64,000 bases of DNA from Pseudomonadota bacterium (GTDB taxonomy: Bacteria; Pseudomonadota; Alphaproteobacteria; Micavibrionales; UBA2020), in the NCBI GenBank assembly GCA_021805245.1, contig JAJZFS010000075.1, positions 6,872 through 70,871 on the forward strand, read 5' to 3'. Each line of letters starts with the position of its first letter. Positions within the stretch are counted from its first letter, which is position 1. Positions 58,762-64,000 of the stretch are shown in pieces. The notes beneath the pieces are model-generated. The model was not told the DNA's origin and did no database searches. It saw only the letters and a program-made list of their open reading frames with translations. A program made the translations under genes and the position numbers.

Positions 58762-60896
58762 TGTTTAGGAATTTTCTGCGTTTCGTTTTGCAAAGACTTT
58801 ACCGCGTCGAGATCGACGGGCTTGAAAACCTCGACCTTGCCGGCCCGCGCGCGCTGATTGTCGCCAACCACCTGTCGTTCCTTGATGCGGCGCTGCTCGC
58901 ACTTTACTTGCCGGGCAAGCCGCTCTTTGCCATCAACACCTTTATTGCGCAACAGAAATGGATCAAGCCGTTTTTGAGCATTGCCGATACATTTCCGCTC
59001 GACCCGACCAACCCCATCGCGACCAGGGGGCTGATCGCGGAGCTCAAAAAAGGCGGCCGCGCCGTCATCTTTCCCGAAGGGCGCATCACCGTCACCGGCG
59101 CCTTGATGAAGATTTACGAAGGGCCGGGCATGATCGCCGACCGCGCCGCTGCAAAAATCGTCCCCGTCCGCCTCGATGGCGCGCAATATACGCCGCTCTC
59201 CCGCCTCAGGGGCAAGGTGCGCTTGCACTGGTTCCCGAAGGTGACGATCCGCATCCTCCCCCCGCGCACGCTGGAGGCGGCGGAGGATGTGCATGGCCGC
59301 GCGCGCCGCGCGTTGATGGGGAAGAAGCTTTATGATGTCATGACTGACATGATTTTTGAAAGCTCGGACTATCGCAAAACGCTGTTTCAAAGCGTACTGG
59401 ATGCAGAGGTTATTCATGGCGGCGGCCATCTTATTATTGTCGATGTGGAACGCAAGCCGCTCTCGTACCGGCAGCTGATCCGCCGCAGCTTTGTCCTCGG
59501 CGGGCATATCTCCACCTTCACCGAAGCCGGGGAATATGTCGGGCTGATGCTGCCGAATATGACGGGCACGATTGTTACTTTTTGCGCGCTGCAGGCGTTC
59601 GGGCGCGTGCCCGCTATGATCAACTATTCGACGGGCGTGAAAGGCGTGCTGGCGGCCTGCACCGCGGCGCAAATCAAAACCGTGATCACCTCGCGCCGTT
59701 TTATCGGGGCGGCAAAATTACAGCCGCTCGCCGAGGAGATGGAAAAATCCGGCGTGCGTCTCTCCTATCTGGAGGATAGGCAGGGGGAAATCAGTCTTGC
59801 GGATAAAATCAAAGGTTTCGCCGCCTCGTTTTTCCCGCAGACCTATTATAACAAAATTTCGCGCCGCAAGCCGGACGAGGCCGCCGTCGTGCTGTTCACG
59901 TCGGGATCGGAAGGCACGCCGAAAGGCGTGGTCTTGAGCCACATTAATATTCAGGCCAACCGCTTCCAGCTGTCCGCGCGGGTCGATTTCGGCCCGACGG
60001 ACCGGATTTTCAATGCCCTGCCGGTGTTCCATTCCTTCGGCCTCACCGCGGGGACGCTTTTGCCGCTGCTCTCGGGCATACAGGTCTTTTTCTATCCGTC
60101 GCCGCTGCATTACCGCATCGTGCCGGAACTGGTCTACGACACCAACGCGACGATCATGTTCGGCACCGATACGTTCCTCTCCGGGTATGCCCGTTTCGCG
60201 CATCCGTATGATTTTTATGCGCTGCGCTATGTGTTCGCGGGAGCGGAAAAGCTCAAAGACGAAACGCGCCGGCTTTATGCGGAAAAATACGGCGTGCGGA
60301 TCTTTGAAGGGTACGGTGCGACGGAAACATCGCCGGTGCTGGCCACCAACACGCCGATGCAATATAAAGCGGGCACGGTCGGCCGCCTGATGCCGGGGAT
60401 CGAGCATCAACTGGAGCCGGTGCCGGGCGTGGACGAAGGCGGCAGGCTTTCGGTCAAAGGCCCGAATGTCATGATGGGCTATCTGCGCGTGGAAAATCCG
60501 GGCGTGCTCGCCCCGCCGCCGGAGGGCTGGTACGACACGGGGGATATCGTCGCGCTGGATGAAGACGGCTACATTGCCATCAAGGGTCGCGCCAGGCGTT
60601 TCGCCAAGATCGCCGGAGAAATGGTGTCGCTCACCGTGGCGGAAAGCATCGCCGCCGCCGTCTACCCGCAGGAGCATCATGCCGTCGTTGCCATCGCCGA
60701 CATGAAAAAAGGCGAGGCGCTCGTGCTGGTCACCAGCTGCCAGCATGCCGAAATGGAAGCGCTGCTGCAACATGCCCGCGACAAGGGCATTCCGGAGCTG
60801 ATGGTGCCGCGCAAAATCAAGCCCGTCGGGGCTGTGCCTGTTTTGGGGACAGGCAAGACGGACTATGTCTCCGTGCAAAATCTGGCGAATGAATAA
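58758..60896 (+). CDS. aas: Bifunctional 2-acylglycerophosphoethanolamine acyltransferase / acyl-ACP synthetase
   Basis: The N-terminal PlsC-type acyltransferase has ANHLSFLDA (HX4D) and FPEGRIT. The C-terminal AMP-binding domain has FTSGSEGTPKGV, GYGATE and TGDIV. 712 aa. Confidence 0.85.
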   Translation: MMFRNFLRFVLQRLYRVEIDGLENLDLAGPRALIVANHLSFLDAALLALYLPGKPLFAINTFIAQQKWIKPFLSIADTFPLDPTNPIATRGLIAELKKGGRAVIFPEGRITVTGALMKIYEGPGMIADRAAAKIVPVRLDGAQYTPLSRLRGKVRLHWFPKVTIRILPPRTLEAAEDVHGRARRALMGKKLYDVMTDMIFESSDYRKTLFQSVLDAEVIHGGGHLIIVDVERKPLSYRQLIRRSFVLGGHISTFTEAGEYVGLMLPNMTGTIVTFCALQAFGRVPAMINYSTGVKGVLAACTAAQIKTVITSRRFIGAAKLQPLAEEMEKSGVRLSYLEDRQGEISLADKIKGFAASFFPQTYYNKISRRKPDEAAVVLFTSGSEGTPKGVVLSHINIQANRFQLSARVDFGPTDRIFNALPVFHSFGLTAGTLLPLLSGIQVFFYPSPLHYRIVPELVYDTNATIMFGTDTFLSGYARFAHPYDFYALRYVFAGAEKLKDETRRLYAEKYGVRIFEGYGATETSPVLATNTPMQYKAGTVGRLMPGIEHQLEPVPGVDEGGRLSVKGPNVMMGYLRVENPGVLAPPPEGWYDTGDIVALDEDGYIAIKGRARRFAKIAGEMVSLTVAESIAAAVYPQEHHAVVAIADMKKGEALVLVTSCQHAEMEALLQHARDKGIPELMVPRKIKPVGAVPVLGTGKTDYVSVQNLANE

Positions 60897-60995
60897 ACGG
60901 CGGGAACGGGGGAAAAGAGCTTCCTTATCGCCATCAATCTAAAATTTTTATCGGATAATTTTCATTCGGGGAAATCGGCCTTATTTTTAGTGTTT

Positions 60996-61211
60996 TTATT
61001 TAGTAGTTTTGTGAACAAGTATGAATTCATTCCACGGCCAACCGCCTGTATCATTCTCAAAATATAAATACACGTCATCTTTTATTCTTTTTATTTCTAG
61101 TTCTTGCCCAATTTTAACTCCAAAAGCCTCAATGTCTTGGTAGTGGCCACGGGTTCTTTCAGAAGGAACAAAACGAACTACATCGCCAACAGAGAAAGAA
61201 CATTGATTCAT
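60996..61211 (-). CDS. Small hypothetical protein (71 aa) in the AT-rich islet
   Basis: This ORF lies in a visibly AT-richer stretch. Its ATG is 1 nt after the stop of a 53-codon ORF. No similarity recognised. Confidence 0.35.
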   Translation of the reverse strand: MNQCSFSVGDVVRFVPSERTRGHYQDIEAFGVKIGQELEIKRIKDDVYLYFENDTGGWPWNEFILVHKTTK

Positions 61212-61212
61212 T

Positions 61213-61374
61213 TTATTCAGCCGTTATTTTTGGCGTTTCTTCGAGCGGCAATTCTACTTGTCGCGGGTCTGAGTCTTCGAGTTTAGCCCATAGGATTTCT
61301 CCTGCAATACGCGCAGCGAGGCGAGTGGCAGGACTATTTGAGGCTGAATGTTCCGAGATGATAAAAAAAGCCAT
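61213..61374 (-). CDS. Small hypothetical ORF (53 aa) that I translated myself; it is not in the supplied track
   Basis: The minus strand from 61374 reads MAFFIISEHSASNSPATRLAARIAGEILWAKLEDSDPRQVELPLEETPKITAE*. It is tightly coupled to the 71-aa ORF. Confidence 0.25.
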   Translation of the reverse strand: MAFFIISEHSASNSPATRLAARIAGEILWAKLEDSDPRQVELPLEETPKITAE

Positions 61375-61487
61375 TGCGTGGGTGGTTCAGGGGCTTAAAT
61401 AGGCTGTTTTTAACGCCATAGATTAAGCATGAATTAAGCACGGGCTAAAATCCCGCGCTTTCGTATCATCTAACTATTTGAAAAGAT

Positions 61488-61563
61488 TGGCGTTCCCTGG
61501 GGGATTCGAACCCCCGTTACATCCGTGAAAGGGACGTGTCCTAGGCCTCTAGACGAAGGGAAC
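61488..61563 (-). tRNA. tRNA-Glu (anticodon UUC), CCA encoded
   Basis: The minus strand reads GTTCCCTTCGTCTAGAGGCCTAGGACACGTCCCTTTCACGGATGTAACGGGGGTTCGAATCCCCCAGGGAACGCCA. The 7-bp acceptor stem is GTTCCCT/AGGGAAC, the anticodon loop is CTTTCAC, and the T arm is GGGGG-TTCGAAT-CCCCC. Confidence 0.92.
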
Positions 61564-61583
61564 GTAGACGTTCAAGGTGCATT

Positions 61584-61612
61584 TATTTAGCCTTATCGCA
61601 AAGTGAAATCAA
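61584..61612 (-). promoter_or_regulatory. Candidate promoter for tRNA-Glu
   Basis: The minus strand reads TTGATT, a 17-nt spacer, then TAAATA, about 20 nt upstream of the tRNA 5' end. Confidence 0.3.
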
Positions 61613-61683
61613 GCTCTTTTGACTATCATATTGGAAATGGGTCATTTTTTACCGCAGGTGCGCTCTATATATTTACGTAATAA

Positions 61684-61713
61684 TTAAAAGAGCCGGACCA
61701 AAAAGCGGTCCCG
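61684..61713 (-). terminator. Weak hairpin plus U-tract immediately after the coaE stop
   Basis: The minus strand reads CGGGACC-GCUUUUU-GGUCCGG followed by CUCUUUUAAUUA. Confidence 0.3.
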
Positions 61714-62319
61714 TTACGATTCTGCCCGAATCTTCGCCACGATGTCCGTGAGTTGGCGGCGCATGGCGTCGTGGCCTTTGTCCGTGGTGACGACATAGTC
61801 GGCGCGCCTGCGTTTTTCGGCGTCCGGCATTTGCCCCGCGAGGATGCGCGCGAATCTTTCCGCCGTCATGCCGTCGCGCGCCAGCACCCGCGCGCGCTGC
61901 ACGTCCGGCGGCGCGGTGACGCACAGCGTGACGTCGACGCGCTTTTCGCCGCCGGTTTCGAACAGGAGGGGAATGTCCAGCACGACGAGGTCATGTCCTT
62001 GTTCGTGCATGGCGGCAACGAAAGCATCGCCCGCCGCGCGCACCATGGGATGCAGGATGTCTTCAAGCTTTTTCTTTTCCGCCGCATCGCCGAACACGAT
62101 TTGGCCGAGCGTCTTGCGGTCGATAGAGGTTTTTCCGCCCTCCGTCATCAAGGCGGCGGGAAAGGCCGCGCCCACGGCATCCACGCCCGCGCCGCCCGCC
62201 GCCAGCAGCGCATGAACGGCGGCATCGGCATCGTGTACGGGAATACCCAGCGCACGAAACGCCGCGGCGGCCGTCGTTTTTCCCATGCCGATCGAGCCGG
62301 TGAGGCCAATGACGGTCAT
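61714..62319 (-). CDS. coaE: Dephospho-CoA kinase
   Basis: IGLTGSIGMGKTT P-loop and ...VLDIPLLFE.... The ATG at 62319 overlaps the aroE stop as ATGA. Confidence 0.9.
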   Translation of the reverse strand: MTVIGLTGSIGMGKTTAAAAFRALGIPVHDADAAVHALLAAGGAGVDAVGAAFPAALMTEGGKTSIDRKTLGQIVFGDAAEKKKLEDILHPMVRAAGDAFVAAMHEQGHDLVVLDIPLLFETGGEKRVDVTLCVTAPPDVQRARVLARDGMTAERFARILAGQMPDAEKRRRADYVVTTDKGHDAMRRQLTDIVAKIRAES

Positions 62320-63122
62320 TTTGCGCATGCGGCGATCTCTTTCTCCAGTGCGGGCGTGACGGCGGGATCGGTGCCGAACCAGCGCTTAAACCCGAGCCTG
62401 CCCTGATGCAACAACATGGGCAATCCCGCTGCCGTTTGCAAGCCGCGCTGTTTCGCCGCCGCGAGCAGGGGTGTTTCCAGCGGGCGGTAGACGATGTCGC
62501 AGACCGTGGCGTCGGGCGGCAGGGTGGATATGTCGATCCCGAGTGGCGGTTGTCCCGCCATGCCGCAGGGCGTGCAGTTGACCAGCAGGCTCACGTCATC
62601 AGACGGCGCGGCGATGATATCGCCGTTTAGCCGCAGGTCGTCGATCACTTTTTCAGCTTTTGCGGGCGTGCGGCAGATGAAGCTGAATTTCTCAACGCCT
62701 TTGCCGTTCAGCGCCGCCGCGATGCCGCGCGCCGCGCCGCCCGCGCCGATGATGACGGCGTGCCGTTTGTTCCATGCGGGCGCTTGCGCGTTCAGGCTCT
62801 CGGCAAAGCCGTAGCCGTCACTGTTATATCCGGTCATCTTGCCGTCGCGGATGACGACGGTGTTGACCGCGCCCGCCGCTTTTGCGCTTTCATCAAGGGC
62901 ATCCATGAATGCGAGCGCGGTTTCTTTTAAGGGGAGGGTCAGGTTACAGCCTGCGAAACCGATCCGCACGAGATCGCTCAAAACTTCGCGCAACGCCGCC
63001 GCGTGCGTTTCCATCGCGACATAGCTGCCGTCGATGCCGTAAGCCTTAAGCCAGTGGTTATGCAGCTGCGGCGAGAGCGAATGGCCGACGGGCGAGCCCA
63101 GTACGCAGGCCTTCGCGCTCAT
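62316..63122 (-). CDS. aroE: Shikimate dehydrogenase
   Basis: VLGSPVGHSLSPQLHN, NLTLPLK, GAVNT, GYNSDG, IIGAGGAARG. Confidence 0.9.
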   Translation of the reverse strand: MSAKACVLGSPVGHSLSPQLHNHWLKAYGIDGSYVAMETHAAALREVLSDLVRIGFAGCNLTLPLKETALAFMDALDESAKAAGAVNTVVIRDGKMTGYNSDGYGFAESLNAQAPAWNKRHAVIIGAGGAARGIAAALNGKGVEKFSFICRTPAKAEKVIDDLRLNGDIIAAPSDDVSLLVNCTPCGMAGQPPLGIDISTLPPDATVCDIVYRPLETPLLAAAKQRGLQTAAGLPMLLHQGRLGFKRWFGTDPAVTPALEKEIAACAK

Positions 63123-63949
63123 GGCTGCCCTTTCAGCGCCGCGCGGTGTTGTTCGAGCAGCGTCAGGATTTCCGCCGCCGTTTCCTCGACCGAGCGGCGG
63201 GTGACGTCGATGACGGGCCAGCCGCGGCGGGCGTAAAACTGCCGCGCCTCCCGCGTTTCCGCCTGTACTTTTTCCGGATCGAGATAATCCGTGCTGCGCG
63301 TTTCACCGAGATGCTTCAGGCGGTTGCGGCGGATGTCGATCAGCCTCTCCGGCGCGGCGACAAGGGCGATGAACAGCGGCTTTTTTAAATTCAATACGGC
63401 TTCGGGAAACGGAATCCCCGGCACATAAGGCACGTTCGCCGCCTTGACGCCGCGGCCGGCGAGATAGACGCAGGTCGGGGTTTTCGAGGTGCGCGACACG
63501 CCGACCATGATGACGTCGGCGTCTTTTAAATCCCGGTCGTTTTTTTGTCCGTCGTCGTGGTGGAGCGCGTAGTCGACTGCGTCCATGCGCGCGAAATATT
63601 CGGCGTTTAGTTTATGCTGCAGCCCCGGCTCGGCGCGGCCCTGCTGGTGAAAGACGTTGCTCATCAGCTCGAAAACCGGCTGCAAAACGGAGAGCGCCGG
63701 CACGCCCGCCGAGCGGCAGTATTTTTCCAGCGCGGCGATCAGCGCGTCGTCGACCAGCGTGTAGAGCACAAGGCCGGGATTTTCCCCGATCGCGGCGCAG
63801 ACGGCCTGCAATTGCTTTTGCGTGCGCACCAGCGGCCAGAAATGCTCTTCCGTGTCGATGCCTTCGAACTGCGCGAGGCAGGCCTTGACGACGCTGGACA
63901 GCGTGCCGCCGGTAGAGTCGGAAATGAGGTGCAGATGAACCGTCGCCAT
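63119..63949 (-). CDS. Pyruvate,phosphate dikinase / PEP synthase regulatory protein (PDRP, DUF299 kinase/pyrophosphorylase)
   Basis: ...HLISDSTG.T..., ...MVGVSRTSKTPTCVYLA.... Its stop overlaps the aroE ATG as ATGA. Confidence 0.85.
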   Translation of the reverse strand: MATVHLHLISDSTGGTLSSVVKACLAQFEGIDTEEHFWPLVRTQKQLQAVCAAIGENPGLVLYTLVDDALIAALEKYCRSAGVPALSVLQPVFELMSNVFHQQGRAEPGLQHKLNAEYFARMDAVDYALHHDDGQKNDRDLKDADVIMVGVSRTSKTPTCVYLAGRGVKAANVPYVPGIPFPEAVLNLKKPLFIALVAAPERLIDIRRNRLKHLGETRSTDYLDPEKVQAETREARQFYARRGWPVIDVTRRSVEETAAEILTLLEQHRAALKGQP

Positions 63950-64000
63950 GGAGGAAATTCTAGCGGATTTGCCGCGCCGGTGATATGCTTTTCTTATGCC

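Noticed and set aside
54804-60878. Minus-strand ORFs of 336, 475, 199, 381 and 386 aa opposite DUF2339, lplT and aas
   Set aside because: These frames are extremely Arg/His/Gln/Gly-rich and antisense to membrane-protein and AMP-binding genes. They are not credible proteins.
60900-60925. A possible attachment-site repeat of the tRNA-Glu 3' end at the far border of the AT-rich islet
   Set aside because: Only about 10 of 20 positions match (GGCG...GGGGGA), which is not distinguishable from chance.

Overview
This is a 64-kb chromosomal segment from a fairly GC-rich Gram-negative bacterium. The gene order (PDRP-aroE-coaE, lplT-aas, tldD-pmbA) looks alphaproteobacterial, but that is inference only. 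I can support about 50 protein genes and one tRNA-Glu(UUC). I found no rRNA, no CRISPR array and no intact IS or prophage.

Most of the window is housekeeping or transport. It holds three P-type ATPases: MgtA, a Ca-type pump translationally coupled to a CaCA antiporter, and a fragment of a heavy-metal pump. It also holds tldD/pmbA, a GH3+GH144 beta-glucan pair, a 1238-aa repeat-rich autotransporter and two tandem tryptophanase-like lyases. Further along are an EAL protein, gnd/gntK, malic enzyme, fadD, a panG-like-panB-panC-coaX-coaBC cluster, a TetR-controlled DUF2339-lplT-aas unit, and PDRP-aroE-coaE.

Seven gene pairs overlap by the 4-nt ATGA motif, which indicates tight operons.

The first 10 kb is visibly decayed. 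It contains a frameshifted serine recombinase fused to an IS3 orfA stub, truncated ATPase, response-regulator and Sel1-like fragments, a 75-bp MITE-like repeat and a perfect 24-bp-arm hairpin.

I recognise no known defence, CRISPR or secretion island. The most unusual items are:
- the TetR/palindrome/DUF2339-lplT-aas unit
- an orphan 430-aa protein abutting a secreted PLD/Nuc
- an identical 20-nt convergent-stop junction that encodes Lys/Pro tails on two unrelated enzymes
- the tandem lyase paralogues
- a DAACS transporter with a ~230-aa soluble N-terminal extension, next to an orphan response regulator
- an AT-rich islet at the tRNA-Glu 3' end

All functional calls rest on motifs I read in the supplied translations. 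No database search was possible.
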